A DNA stretch of 64,000 nt from the human T2T-CHM13v2.0 reference genome, Homo sapiens: assembly GCF_009914755.1 (NCBI RefSeq), contig NC_060930.1. One strand, 5' to 3'. How positions within the stretch are numbered: position 1 is the first letter of the stretch; each line of letters begins with the position of its first letter. The notes below the pieces were generated by a model. That model ran no database searches. It had not been told where the DNA came from and worked only from the letters and a program-made list of their open reading frames with translations. Shown piece after piece: positions 12,786 to 27,250 of this stretch. The translations under genes and the position numbers were made by a program.

Positions 12786-14860
12786 CAACACCTATTTGTG
12801 ATATAGGCTTTCATTAAAATATTGATGGGTATGGGCTTAATATTACCTTTTAATTTACAAAGTACTTTCATACACTGTTTTGCTTCTTGTTCATTCGTGA
12901 AACATTTTTTCTAGAACTTAACTTTTAATTCTGAAACGAAAGTCTTGAAGTAAAGAAAAAAATACTAAATGAACAAATAGTAGCATTTTTATCCCCAAGC
13001 CAATGAAAAATAATCTTTTTTGAGCGCCACTATATTCTAGGATTTGTAGTATGTAATTTTCAATGTCATAATTTTATTTTAAACAGATGACTATTTCTCA
13101 TATTGAGAAATTCATTTTTGGATAGCCCAGAGCTAAATCAACTCAGAGATTAAAATAAATAAATTTTATTTGACTCCACTTTTAAAATACTGATTCAAGA
13201 AATGCTTCACTTCCCTAATGTAGCATAAATATATGTTTCATCCTCAGAATCTTCAGGATCTCAACAATGTTATCTTCCTAATCATTTAATGACAAAAAGG
13301 AAGTAAACAGACCAGAAAGCAGATTTTTTTTAAAGTTTAGAGCAATTTGTTACATGGTAGCATTAAAATGAAAACTAAAGTAAATCTTTTTCTGTAAAAT
13401 ATAAGTCCAAGAGATGCAAAAGCTGATTTTACCACAAACTGCTTGTGTACTAAAATAAAATGGAAAGTCGAGGAAAAGTAGAACAGTAATTGCAAATTGC
13501 CTTTTATATTGTGGTTGAAGGCACTTTCCTGTTCAATAATTTTAATAAAGAAATCCCCCTGGCCATCCCCCTGATCAGTTTGAACATAATTCCAGCATTA
13601 TACACATTGTTCCCTTGGGCTTATACCTTCATGGTTTCAAATTATGTCTCGTATCCTGCCAAGACTTAGATCAGTCTACCGTAGTCAAATATTAGACTCC
13701 AAAGCAACTAGAAATTCATGTTTTCCTGTTTCAAAAACAAAAATCTATTTACAGTCAGCCTATCATTATTTTAATTTTTAAACTCAGCAGTCATTAGTAG
13801 AATTATAGACCATTCAGAAAGATAATGTTCAACTTAACTTTGTGGTACTTTCTTCTCCAAACTCTCAGTTAAATACCTTTAGACATTGGTTCCCAGCCTG
13901 CAGGATGTAGGTCTCTGTGGCGCCAGGATGTTAATGCAAGGGATTCTTTGCTTCCTGGATGGCTGTTTACTGGATAGCTAAAATGTTACACGCAGAAATG
14001 CACTACCATTTTCCAAATATACATAGATGTTAATGTGATTCATAAAATTTCCATTCTTAGTTAATTCACTGTAGCAGTTTTTCATAATGTATTTCCTCCG
14101 TCAAGTGACCACTGCTTTTGGGGAGGGATTGTAGTATGCAATATTTCTTGACATCAAGAAGAGGTCCTCATGATTGAAAATTAGAGAAGATACATAGCAA
14201 GGGAAATAGACACGTGAATGGTGACCTCTTCTGTTATACAGTATGTAAGAACAGCAGTAAACGCCTCCTCAACTAATTGTCAGAAGACTGTGTACTTCTC
14301 CTGGCTCCTTGTGATAGCCCTGAGTAAATAACTCCAAATAGTTCAAGCCCCAGATGTTTTCCATAGACACTTGAAAGTACATATTAAAACTTTTCTCGGT
14401 TTGCAGAGCAGAGGGCTGGCACGCCTTCATAGAAGGAATAGTTCTTCCACTGGGCAGTTGTGACAGAATTATATTCATTGCAAGCAAGGCCCTTTCAAGT
14501 ATTCACATTTGGGATCTTATTGCATATCTAGGGGCATCGTCAGGAAACAGGAAGAATTTTTAAAAAGGATCTAATATAAGTGGATGGTGTAGCTGATCAG
14601 TTAGCAAATGACCGTCAACAGTACTGGCTGGAACCCAGCGAAGTGCAGGCTGGAGGCAGAAGAGAGCTGGGCCATTTCCTTGTGTGACAACCAATCTCTG
14701 TCCTTGGGATCACTGCTACTATTTATTTGGAATTTATTGAGTCAGCAACTGTTCTAAATTCATTGCCATCATTATTATGTTTAAATCTTGTTACAACCCT
14801 TAGGAGATAGCAGATGAAGAAAGAGATTCTGAGACGTTAGGTGGTCTTAAGTTCCCCTAG

Positions 14861-15145
<285 letters not shown>

Positions 15146-15228
15146 TGGAACTCGGGTTTAACCTTTAAGCCTATGCTTTAGTAAATATTGGTGGCAAGAC
15201 CAGTCTCTCAGCAGAGGTGTGAAGTAGG

Positions 15229-15736
15229 TGAAGGAAACCAGAATATATCACCCCCAAATATGCCTCATGGATATAAAAATTATTTTTGAACTAAAGGTAA
15301 CTATGAAGCAGCAAATGAAGAGCTCTCTCTATCTTCCCCTTTTCTGCCTAAAAACAGTATAGATATTCTCCCTTATAGGAGACAACTCTTAGCCTAGATA
15401 CAGTGCCAGGGGAATCTGAAATCAAATGTTACTTCATTAGTTTCTTCTCATGTATTTATCTTCCACATTGTCTGGCCTTCGGAAGCCCCAAACTGCTTTC
15501 CTTCATTCTGGCATTTCTCTCTAATTTTATCATTCTTTGTTGAAGATGCTATACAAGCCAGAGTTCCAAGCCACTGCTTTGAGTTACTATTCACTGGGAT
15601 TTCTCTCATGTGATGTGCACTTCATGAATTATTAAGTTTGCTTATTTTTCTCTTGTTAATCTGTCTTTTGTTACAGGGGTCTGTACCAAGTACAAATTTA
15701 TGAGACATGAGGAGAATATATATTATCTCCCCAACA
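15229..15736 (+). mobile_element. MER34-family ERV1 solo LTR
   Basis: Starts tgaaggaaaccagaatatatcacccccaaatatgcc; contains tttctcttgttaatctgtcttttgttacagggg; ends ctccccaaca. Confidence 0.75.
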
Positions 15737-15829
15737 TGAGCAAAGTTAATCTTCTTCTCTCATTGTTTCCTTCCATTACTTACTAAATGCTCTGGGTACC
15801 CCAGCCACCACTTCTATATATTGGGAGCC

Positions 15830-16285
15830 AGAATAACTTGGTGGCTCAAAGCAAAGGCTTTGGAGTCATACACACTTGAATTCGAGTCTGGATTCTGTAA
15901 CTTGCCAGCAATGTTATCTTGTACAATTTACTTAACCCATCAAAAACTTGTCCCATAAGGTTTTTATAATAAAATCACATAATACCATCATTCGTTCAAT
16001 AAATTTTGATTGAAAATCCACTGTTTGACAGCAACCTGCCTATGAGGGTTAACAACACAGAGTTCTTTCTTCATAGAGCTCACATTTTAGTTTGAGTCAG
16101 GTAACAAAAAATAAAACAAATAAATATATAATTTTAGCAAGAGTACATGCTATGAAAAACATGCAGCACAGTTAAGGGAGTGAGAATGATGGGGGTGAAA
16201 GGGATAATACCATAGATATGGTTGTAGTGAACATTAATGTTAAGCTCTTATCATTGGGCCTGACACATGGAAGGACTCACTAACT
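15830..16285. mobile_element. MIR (+) interrupted by an L2 fragment (-)
   Basis: ggctttggagtca...ttgaattcgagtctgg; L2 segment cattcgttcaataaa...tcatagagctcacattttag; MIR tail gcctgacacatgg. Confidence 0.55.
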
Positions 16286-18143
16286 GTTGTCTATTGTTGT
16301 CATTAGGTTCCGTATACTGACCCGGGGGTTTGGGCAGCCCCCTAAACATGGAAGATCCCAGGAAAAATGATTTCAGTGGGTGGCAATTAAGATCCTAAGG
16401 GAGGCTGGCATGTCAGTCAATTCAAATGACCCTCCCCTTAGGTGGTGATCTGCACTGCTTAGAGCTGGTCCTGAGTTGTCCCCTCATCTCAGTGAAAAAC
16501 TGCTGAGTGAATACATCTAATTAGTCACATCTGGAAGAGCTGAAATTGCTTGTTGTTCAGCAACATAAAGGCCCTGTTGTTCTTTCCTGACTAGGATTTT
16601 GGTCAGGGTCATTCCAATCTACCCCAACAAGTTTTCCTAAATTTGAATCTCTGGGAGCAAGTGTTGGGTCTCGATTTTTTTCTTTTCAGAAAGCATTAGG
16701 CTTTTGTAAATGGGTTCACAAGAGTCTACAAAATCAAGCCTCATGGAGTCCCAAAGTTTCTGTCTTATGTTCCCCCAGAAATAGTGTTTATTGTTGTCAT
16801 TTACATAACAGAAGGGGCCTCACTTTACTGACTTTTCCCAGAAAAAAGATCTCCTCTAAGATGACTTTCTGCCAGTGCCTAAATGGAAAAGGAGTTTCTC
16901 TCCCTTAAAATAAATAAATAAAATATGTCCCAATCTACAAAACCACTAATAACCAGGGAATCTCAGCCTTGTAAACTTTGATGTTGTGCCTCACATGGGT
17001 TTCGTTCTAGTAGGTGACTGGTTCTGTCATTTACTAGCTTTGGGAATGGAGCAAGTTATATTACCTGTGGACTAAGCTCTTCTCTCCAGTGAAGCACAGG
17101 CAATACTGAATCATCCATGGAGGAAACTAGCTTAAGGCCAAAGGGGCAATAATTAGGATTCTGAAATAAAGAATGAAAAACAAAACAAGATAAGCCTTGG
17201 GCAGGAGCAGAGCAGGATCTGGCCTCTAGGCTGACTGCACACAGGATGCTGACAGGACCCTCTCACATCTCTGTTCCTCTCTGAGTGTTGTTTTTATGTA
17301 TGCAGATATCTTTATCAGGTGGGGACATGGCATGCGGACGCTTGAAGATAACATATTCACAGAACCTCATCAGAGATGTAAGAAAAACTCTTTCCTGTCG
17401 ATTCAATCAGAAAATCTCTAGGAGAGGACACTGAGGGACCTAGTCGCACATGTGTTTCCCTGGACCAGTCACAGGGACCAGGTTAAAAGGTCAGTCTCAC
17501 TGGGTCATCTGGAGTCACACGACCTTCCTTATGGCCAGAGAGCAGGAACCCATAGTGACCGGTCCTTACCTTAACCAGGAGGCTGGAATCCAGATGATGC
17601 CGTTCCCTGAAGAAAGGGGAAGGCTACTGCCACAGATGGAGTGACATGGTTATTAGCTGTTAACAGACCTCTTAATCCTCACGAGGTTTTTGTGAGAATT
17701 CAACTAACAGATATTCAGTGAAGAAATATTTTTTTTAATCAGAATTAGGCTCTAAACTCAAAACGTTAGGCAAAAACCCCTCTTACTTAGAGGCCAGGCT
17801 ACAGAACACAACAAGTTTTAATTCCAGCATTATAATAAGTTACCAATTCTGCAGTAGAGAATATGAGGGAAATTTGGCTGATGTTTAAGGGTCATGTTAT
17901 ATGAAAAAATACTTCTCTTTAAACACCCACGTCACTGTGTACACAGAGAGATGCTCACAATATGAGAAGTAATTAGGAACTGAGATTAGCCAAGGGAGAG
18001 TGGACTCCTCCACATTTTACTAAACCTATTCCAGGTATAAACTCCACAGTAGTGTTTACTCATTATTAAAACAATAGGTGAATTATTGGAATTGTTAAAT
18101 GAATATATACGTACATATATACATGTCTGTATATATATACATA

Positions 18144-18889
18144 TGAAATGGGAGAGTTCCCTGACCTCCTTCACGGGACGTGCAACAGGGATGTGGCTTT
18201 TCTGTTCGGCCACCACCGTGCATGCTCAAACCCCTTACAGGAGGGGGAGCACTCAGATGGGCAGGTGCAGGAGCCGGGGCAAGTGCTTTTTGGCTCCGGT
18301 TCCACGGTAGCATCTAGGGATGGGTGCCTGCAACTCCCGAAGCCCCAGTGGGCATGTTACAGTGCTCCTTTAGCTCTGCCATCCACAGAGGACTTAAGTG
18401 ATAACCAGTTCAGTACCCACTTGGTATCCGGGTTCTTGTCCAGTGTCCAGGAAGAACAAGGTCCCACATGGACTTGAAGGATGGTGAATGTGGGGGTTTT
18501 ATTGAGTGCTGGAGGCGGCTCAATGGGATGGATGGGATGCTAAATAGGGGATGGGGTGGGAAGATGATTTTCCCCAGAAATTTGGCTGTCCTGTGGCTGA
18601 TCTGCCCTCCAACCATCCCCAGCTGAACTCTTCTAGACGTTCAGATGCTCCTTCTCTTCTCTCCTTCTCCCTACTCTTTTGTTCTGTTTGTCCTCTCATG
18701 GAGCCTGCAGTTTGGAGTTTATATGGGTATAGAATAGAGGTGTGTGGTGGGACAAAAGGCAAAATTTGGGCAAGGAAACAGGAATACCTGTTCTTATTCA
18801 GGGCTGCGGGTTTCCAGACTCGAGAATGGGGCCTTTGCCGGGAAACTACCCACCTCTACTCAGCACTTCTCTGCCTCCTGCCCATATCA
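18144..18889 (-). mobile_element. ERV1 solo LTR (LTR1/LTR27-like, ~745 bp)
   Basis: tgaaatgggagagttccctgacc ... cctcctgcccatatca; TSD cata/tata (1 mismatch); inserted in a TA-rich tract. Confidence 0.85.
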
Positions 18890-20907
18890 TATATACACAT
18901 AATCTAAAAGAAAAAGATAAATATATATGCACTTATACACTTTCTCTTTATTCCCTCCCTGAGCTGGGATATTTGAATACAAGTACACAATAGTACACAA
19001 TAACATATTACTATTTGAGAAATCACCAAACATGGTGTCTGAAACTTATCAGGAACACCCTAAATGTTAGTTGAATCAGAACCTGAATCTCTCTCCCTCC
19101 TAAAGGATGACTTTCACTCACACAGCTATCCTTTCTGCTCCTTGCAGTTTTTTCTGGGAACGGTGGGGCTGCTTCAAAGATTATCAAAGGAGATTTCGAA
19201 ATTCTGAGTGTCAGAAAAAATAGGAGAAGGATTTTTTAACATGTTTCTACTCATGATTTGGCAGCTTCCCAAAACCACTCTGAATCTGTTCTTATTTCCT
19301 TGCAACTGAAGCTTTTCTCAAGTTAAATTTTCAGTTATTACTAGTGGCATTTCCCACATCTCATGCACATATATATTACCCATTTGAATGAAAATAAAGG
19401 CACTCCCAACATTCCATTCTATGGGAGGGAAAGCACTCAAATGTGTTGAGTGGAAAAACATGCATTTCCTGTTTGTATTCAGTTAAAACTCAAACAACTT
19501 CAGAACAGTATGTATTATAACATAATCATTGCCTGCCTAGAAATGCCTCTATGAACATATCACCTACTTCTAATTCTTTTATTCGGTCTAGAGTATTTGA
19601 AGAGAAGTTAAAACTGATATGTACAGGAAAATATTATACATTTAATACAGGAAAGAATCTTGTTGTTAACAATTAGTAGACTCTGTTCTACAAATTTTGC
19701 TAGAAAAATGTGGACCCTAACTTGCCCATAAAAGAATCTTTACTAGCTATGATTTTCCAGAGGCATTTATTAATCATTATCTTCATGTGCTTTTATATGT
19801 TTGGGTTGTCAGTCTCAGCACTTTCAGAAGAGCTTGGGGATTTAATGAAATAAATGGATTTTTTTTGGTCATTTCATGGGGGTTGAAATTCAATTGCCGT
19901 ATAATGAGCATGGTGTATTCCACTTAATTACTTTTCCAGACTCTTCTGTCTTATACCTGAATCAAGGTTTTTCAAAATTATAATTAAAACATTGAGCGTA
20001 CGTGACAAGGGAAAAATAGTATTGAGACATGTTTGACTTTGCCTAAAATTACAGAAAAGAACATTAATACTTTAAAAGTATATCTCAGGAACTGTGCTGG
20101 GACCTTGACACTGGATTTAGCATCTAAGTTATAAAGGGCCTTGTCAGGAGCCTTCAAGGTGATAGTTGGGATGGGAGCTGGAAAGCTGTGGGTTAAGAAT
20201 GAATAGGAAATGAGCAAGAGAACATCCTAAATGTAATCCTGTTTCACAAAGCTTGACTTTTTAAAGGGAATGTGCTATGTGGTCTGTAATTTACTTTAAA
20301 ACACTTCAACAAACAATTTATGTGTAAATACTTATTCTATTTCATTTTAATCCAGACCCTAGGGCAGGTAGTTATTCGAATTGAAAATATATACTCCAGC
20401 AATGGTTTTTGGTAGCATTTCATCAAAACGCTAAATTTCAGAGGCAGCTATAGTTGCCTTGGTTTTTATCTCGAACACAAGAGGTTTTGATAATTAGTGA
20501 AAAGAATGTGAGAAGTAGGTTTTCATTTGTGAAATTCCAGATATTGAAGTTATGTGGATGGGTTAGAAATGCTTTAGAGGTGTTCTCACTGTTTCATGAA
20601 CAAGGTAAAAGAATATGGTGATGCTCCCTAGGCTTGATTTCTGTGCAGCCATGTGTCCAGGATATTGAAAGGAATAAGGTTCCAGAGGAGGAAGGAGGCT
20701 GGAAGAGATGGGATACTTCATGGAGGTGGTAGAACAGGTCCTGGACAACAGGAGGGTGCCTTGGGACTGGACATAAACTCTATCATTTGCCTGAAGCCTT
20801 TTAGGTCATAACATTGTTGACATTGGAGCCAAGTTTTACTAATTAATAGCTCCAGGCATGTGTGGTTTACTCCACCATGGTCTTCTCATCCTCTCTCCCC
20901 ATCCTAG

Positions 20908-21262
<355 letters not shown>

Positions 21263-22656
21263 AGAGAAACTCTTAAGACTATTAATGGAATTTATCCTTC
21301 TGGTGAGTAATTAAAACTTATCTAGGGTAGGGCTTAGAAAATATCTGTTTATAGTTGTTGTTAATTAATATGTATAACCATGCATAGCATATATTTTGAT
21401 TAGCATATAAATGCTTTCAGAGTGGTATCTATTGGGTAAATGTGAACCTTTACATTAGCAGACTTTTTCTTTTTTAAAATAACAATATAACAAATTTAAG
21501 GAGTGAAAGAGGATGGCAATTAACAAAAAACCAAGATCAGCTACAAGGTTAATGCTAAGATAGACCTGTCAGTAAGGTCAATGAGCTAAGATAGATTGTG
21601 ATAAAATCAACAGTGTGCAATGACATTTTACTGAACACTTAACACTAAAATTTTGCTTAATTCTTTTACCTACTATATTAACCATAAACTGACTTTTTCT
21701 AAACATGCTTTAATCAAAGGTGGTTGAAAGAACTATAACCTAAGGTGAATAAATGGTTTAATTTTTTTCCATCTCTACAAATGTTTGAAGATATTCTAAA
21801 GGCCAATATTTTGTTACATTAAGCAATACTGCTGAAGAAAATTTCTATTTGAAGTCTAAACAGTAAAATGCCATTGTCATAGCATAAAATAAACTACATA
21901 ACAATGGATGCTTCTTTACTCAGGAAGATTAAGTCCATATTTTTCAAGGAAAGTCAAGAAATGTAGTTCCCTACAGTTTGATAACATAACTGGTTATTAG
22001 TATCCTCCCCAGTCTAATCATACTGAACGGTATATATCAGAAGCAAAACAAAAGATGCTGAAAGCTTAAGGGCAGGAGTAAGGGTAGAGGAAAGGAAGTC
22101 AGTAAAATGATCTCCATGAATGCTCTTATTTCGGTCCAAGGAGTCTTTTCAGTGTTTAAGAGAAAGGCTGAGCCAGTGCCTAAGAGGCCAAGAGCTCCTC
22201 ATTTAGGAAACTATAGAACAAAGGGAATCTGGAAAATTCTTACCTGGAGTAAAACCAGAATGTAAAGTTTCCTTTTATGTACCATTCCACATGGCACTAA
22301 ATTCATGGGCATTGAATATTTTTTTAAAAAGTTATTAGGCATAGAAAACAAATATTGAATAAATTACAGTTGGAAAAGGGAATATGCTATACAAGCAGCA
22401 TTTTAGGATTTAGACATTACGTACAGAGTGAGGGATTCTAAGTGTATCATAATTTTATCAATTCAGAACCAAATATCAGGTCAAAAGACATGTTTTGGAA
22501 ACTCTATAACCAGATCACAGGAATAAGGAAGTTGTAACATTTGTTCTAGTTACATATACAACAGTTAAATTCGTTCTCTCTTCACCATTCTCTAATGTCA
22601 TAGGAGCTTTTAGCTTTGAAAAATGCATTGGCTTGGGGCCAGAAATGGCATGGAAT

Positions 22657-22945
22657 GGTGCTGCTCAAAGTGTGACACATGGATCCATATCAGCCTGCTA
22701 ACTGTTACTAGGTTGTCAATGAAATAAAAGCAGAAATTAAAAGTTAGATTTACAAACTGTTACAGCAATTTGACATAGTAATTTTATATTGGCTAAATCT
22801 AATAATAAATAAATGGGCTTCTATTTATATTTGTTTATATTTTCATTTCACCTTTCTAGCAATTTATATTATATTTCACAGAACTATTCTCTTTCGGATG
22901 GGAAAAAACCCTGGTTCTTCACCTTAGATAGTTTGAGAAGCATTG
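22657..22945. mobile_element. hAT-Charlie MITE remnant
   Basis: Inverted termini gtgctgctcaaagt ... agtttgagaagcattg. Confidence 0.55.
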
Positions 22946-22958
22946 ATGTAGACCATAA

Positions 22959-23335
<377 letters not shown>

Positions 23336-24254
23336 TAAGATATTTTGGATTAAAGAAAAGCTGTGATGACATCTGAGATTCTTTGAACTCCTTTTTCATA
23401 GAATACTCATGAATACTTGAGCCCTCCATGAAAAGGAGGGGTCTTATAGAAAAAGTTTTATGAGCTGTTGATTGACTAATTCTACATTTCAGAGTCAAAA
23501 ATCTATGTCTACTTTGGGTGACTTGTTTCTGCTAAATTTCCTTGAGTCCCTTCTGTCTTCTGATTTCTATTCTATAAAATCATAGCAGTGTCTGATTCCG
23601 GGAATGACATGTGGTTTTCATTTTTTCAAAAACAACATTCAGCTTTCCATTACTTGTAATCATTGAAGAGCATAATGCACAGATAGCTAGATGGCAGAAA
23701 TTTCCAAACTCACTTGTAATTAGCTCTGTAAAACATTTATATACCTTTAAAAAATCGTTCTTCCGAGCTGACATATGTAAAGTTAAAGTTAGCTGGCATT
23801 TCTGAGCAGAGCCCAGTAGAAAGCAGTGTGAAGAGCCCAGGCTGAGAAGATTTTTTTCAGTCTGGTTTTTTATTTCATTGATCTCCAAAGTGGGTTATCT
23901 ATGGGCTGGTAGTTGAGAGTTGCCTGTACATACAGAACTATCTCTTAACTGACTTTAAAACAAAACAAGGAATGTGGCTTCCATCAAGTTAATGAGGGAG
24001 GTACCAACCTTCAGTGAGCCCCTTTAATCAGAGCACAGAATAATAAATGATGATGGGATAATTAGAAAACAATTTAGAAAGCAATGTTATATCTCTACTT
24101 ATATCAATTGTTGGTAAATTAATTAAACTGTAAGTGGGTGGCAAGGGTTTTTTTAAGCAAACCCCTAATGTAGAAACTTTAAGGAAAAATAATGATAGGA
24201 CTTTCTCAAAACAATCCACAAAAACTGTGCTCTCAGTTATAATTGAAAACAAGT

Positions 24255-24668
24255 GAAATAGTGTGGATATTTGTCTCCTCCAAATCTAATGTTGAAATTT
24301 GATCCCCAATGTTGGATGTGAGGCCTAGTGGGAAGTGTTTGGGTCGTGGGGCAGATACCTCATGAATGGTTTGATGCCATCCTAGTGGTAGTGAGTGAGT
24401 TCTCACTCGATCAGTTCACACAAGAATTGATTGTTTAAAAGAGCCTGGGACCTTTCTCTCCCCCAGCTCTTCCTTTCACTTGCCATGTGATGCCTGCTCC
24501 TGTCTGTCTTTCACCATGAGTAGAAGTTCCTTGAGGCCCTCACCAGAAGCGGATGCTGGTGCCCTGCTTCTTGTACAGCCTCCAGAACCATGAGCCAAAT
24601 AAACCTCTTTTTGTTATAAATTACCCAGCCTCCCAAATTCCTTTATAGCAATACCAACAGACTAAGAA
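24255..24668 (+). mobile_element. MSTB-type MaLR solo LTR inside an old L1M
   Basis: gttgaaatttgatccccaatgttgg ... agaaccatgagccaaataaacctctt ... gactaag. Confidence 0.85.
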
Positions 24669-25009
24669 AATCAGAAAAAATTTAAAAAGCATATCTGTGA
24701 CATGAATGACTTAAAAAAAAAGAGAGAGATAGACCTTTATAAGATACAATTGGAAGTACAAAAGCTATAAAGGAAAGTCTAGATATTGTTTACTCCATAA
24801 AAGCATTTTAAAGTCTGTATGGAAAGCAGTGCTTTATAAATAAAGACAAAAGACAAGCAATATGCAGAAGAAAATGTTTGTAACATATAAGACAGATTAA
24901 AAATGATAATAGCAAAAACATAAGACATTATGCATCAGATGCTTATAACATATATGACAGATTAAAAATGATAACAGCAAAACATAAGACATTAGACATT
25001 ATACATCAG

Positions 25010-25210
25010 GTGCTGTTCAAGACATTTTACATATTAACGCATTTAATCCTCACAAAGATGAATATTACCTAATGAAATAGGTACTATTATTACCCTATTT
25101 TGCAGATAAGAAAACTGAGACACAGAAAGGTCTCAGGAAGAAAAAAGACAAGGTGGAATTCGGATCCAGGCAGTATGGATTTAGGGTCTGTTCTCTCAAT
25201 TACCATATCA
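25010..25210 (-). mobile_element. MIR
   Basis: catttaatcctcaca...tattattaccctattttgcagataagaaaactgagacacaga. Confidence 0.8.
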
Positions 25211-25410
25211 TAATGTGTCTCTTAAAAAACTTTAAAATGTGAATGCTGTATGCAATGTTAACAATGATGTCGATGATAGCACAGAAGGCAGCTACTCTCA
25301 CCTACTGCAGGTAAGAATGTAAATTGAACAATTTCTCAGGGTCAATTAGACACGACTTAATGAAAAGCCAGAGAATTCTGTATGAATATTTGACCCAGCA
25401 ATTCCACTTG

Positions 25411-26915
25411 TTTTTTATGGTATCAATTTAAAATGGATCTTTATGCATTGACACATGAATTTTATATACCTTTAAAAAATTACACGAAGTTGGTGGCAAT
25501 CAGAATGTGGGTGCCGGATTCATTTTTGCTTATTTACAGCACTGCCAGCATGTACTAAAGTATTCAAAATATGACCAAATTTAAGCAACCTCAGATAATG
25601 GTTGCTGTTTCTCCCCTCCCTAACAAACCATTTTCTGTTCTTGGGTACACAATTGGACTACATATCCCAGCCTTCTTGCAGTTAGATCACATGACTGAGT
25701 TCTAGTAATGAATACAATTTCTGGGACAGAGCTTTAAAGAAGGAGGTGTTCCACCTCCAAGCTCTCATTTTTCTTTCACTGACTGGAGGCAGATGATGAA
25801 TTTGAAGCCCTGACAAAGAGAAGGCAAAATCAGTTTGTGTCCCTGAGTTGCTAAGTGGAGAAGAAACGTCCACCAACCAGGAAACACCTGCCTCCAACTG
25901 TTAAGTGAGCAAGAAATAAACTTCTGTTGTGTTTGAGCTATTACACATTTTCTGATCTATTTGTCTACAGGTTAATTTATGTTTAAATATGTTTTAAACT
26001 GCCACTGAACTGACTTAGTCACATATTTAAACTTTGCAGTAGGTCTGTGAAATGTGCTTTGTTTCTGGTCAGCATGGACACCCGCTTTAATAGTGGCTTC
26101 CGATGAGGCACCTTGTGACAGAGGAGCTCTTCCCCTGGTAAGCCATTTCTCTTGATATGTCTTCAGCTCCTTGGTAACAGCTTGTGATGATGATCTTGCA
26201 GACTTCTCCAGCTTTTCTGCTGATACTCAGATTCTTCTTCTCAGCAGGCTGGTTCTTGTTTAGCTAGCTAATGATTTTATTGAACCTTTAAGAATCTTGT
26301 GTTTGCCCTCCGTCATTGTTTTGGCCTTAAATTTTCTTATTTTCCACCTTGTCCTTAGTGAAGACTGTAGATTTAAGTGAGTTCTTAGGAGATACCAACT
26401 ACATTTCTCTGCTTCTCCTTTTTTTGTGGGTGTGGAACTTCTCAGCCTTTTGGACTACGTAATTAAGAGCTTCATTAATCAATATATTCTTCCACATTGT
26501 GAATTAATACTCTTCTGTTTGGCCTCTTTGTTCACAGCAGCAACCTTGAAGATGTTGTGGAAGACAATAGCCATTCTTACTTCACTCTGAGGATCACGAT
26601 GGCGTGCAAGGGTGTGCCAAGCACATTGCTATCTTTGGCCATTCTCTCTCACATTAGTACACCTGGATGTGAATGGCACGTTATCTATGTAAGCAGTGAT
26701 GGTCTCTATCTGGTGGTAGAAATGACAGAATTACACACAATCAGGACAGCTGAGATTCCATTTACTAGCTCAGTAATCAGAGAATATGTATGACATCCCA
26801 GCAAAAAATGTTGAACATGTTCAGATTTCATCATATCAGCACCACAGTATCAGTCTTACTGGGAGGTGCTCGCATTCAGTTCCTGGCTACTGAAGAAATT
26901 TTGCAGGAGTTCCAG
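25411..26915 (-). pseudogene. Ancient 5'-truncated processed HSPA8 (HSC70) pseudogene, interrupted by an LTR16-like element
   Basis: The reverse complement follows HSPA8 mRNA in order: ctcctgcaaaatttcttcagtagccaggaactgaat (LLQDFFNGKELN), cctcagagtgaagt (PQIEV), gtccaaaaggctgagaag (VQEAEK), aagaaccagcctgctgagaag (KNQTAEK), gctggagaagtctgcaa (LEKVC), gccactattaaagcggg (PTIEEV). It ends with ttttaaattgataccataaaaaa, matching the 3'UTR end. No introns. Confidence 0.85.
25600..25975 (+). mobile_element. LTR16-like ERVL LTR
   Basis: gactacatatcccagccttcttgcagttag...catgactgagttct and gagcaagaaataaacttctgttgtgtt. Ends approximate. Confidence 0.7.
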
Positions 26916-26929
26916 ATAACTTGCTTGTC

Positions 26930-27250
26930 CCATAATAATGAAAACTATTACAATTATGCTAAAGAAGAATACTTAATAACACAGTAAAAATGTTTATGAT
27001 GTCTTTTAATTTCTAAAGCATGTTATAAAAGTATTACAGTATGATCTCATATTTGTAAGTAAAATATATATTAATTCATTTAGCAAATAAATATTAAGCC
27101 CCTACTATGCACATACCAATATAGATATTGGTATTTGTGTGGGTGTGTGTTACAGCAGATTTTAATTTTCTTATTTTGTATTTTCTGATTTATCTACAAT
27201 GAATTTGTATTAATTTGCTAACAAAACATCACTATTAAAATAAATTTTTT
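26930..27250 (+). mobile_element. L1ME-type 3' end; its upstream part appears at ~25290-25409
   Basis: tttgacccagcaattccactt on the left of the HSPA8 insert and acagtatgatctcatattt...tctacaatgaatttgtatta on the right. Confidence 0.55.

Noticed and set aside
14738-14747. TGAGTCAGCA NRF2/NF-E2-type motif
   Set aside because: A single 10-mer at a MIR edge, expected by chance at an appreciable rate in 64 kb, with no supporting cluster.
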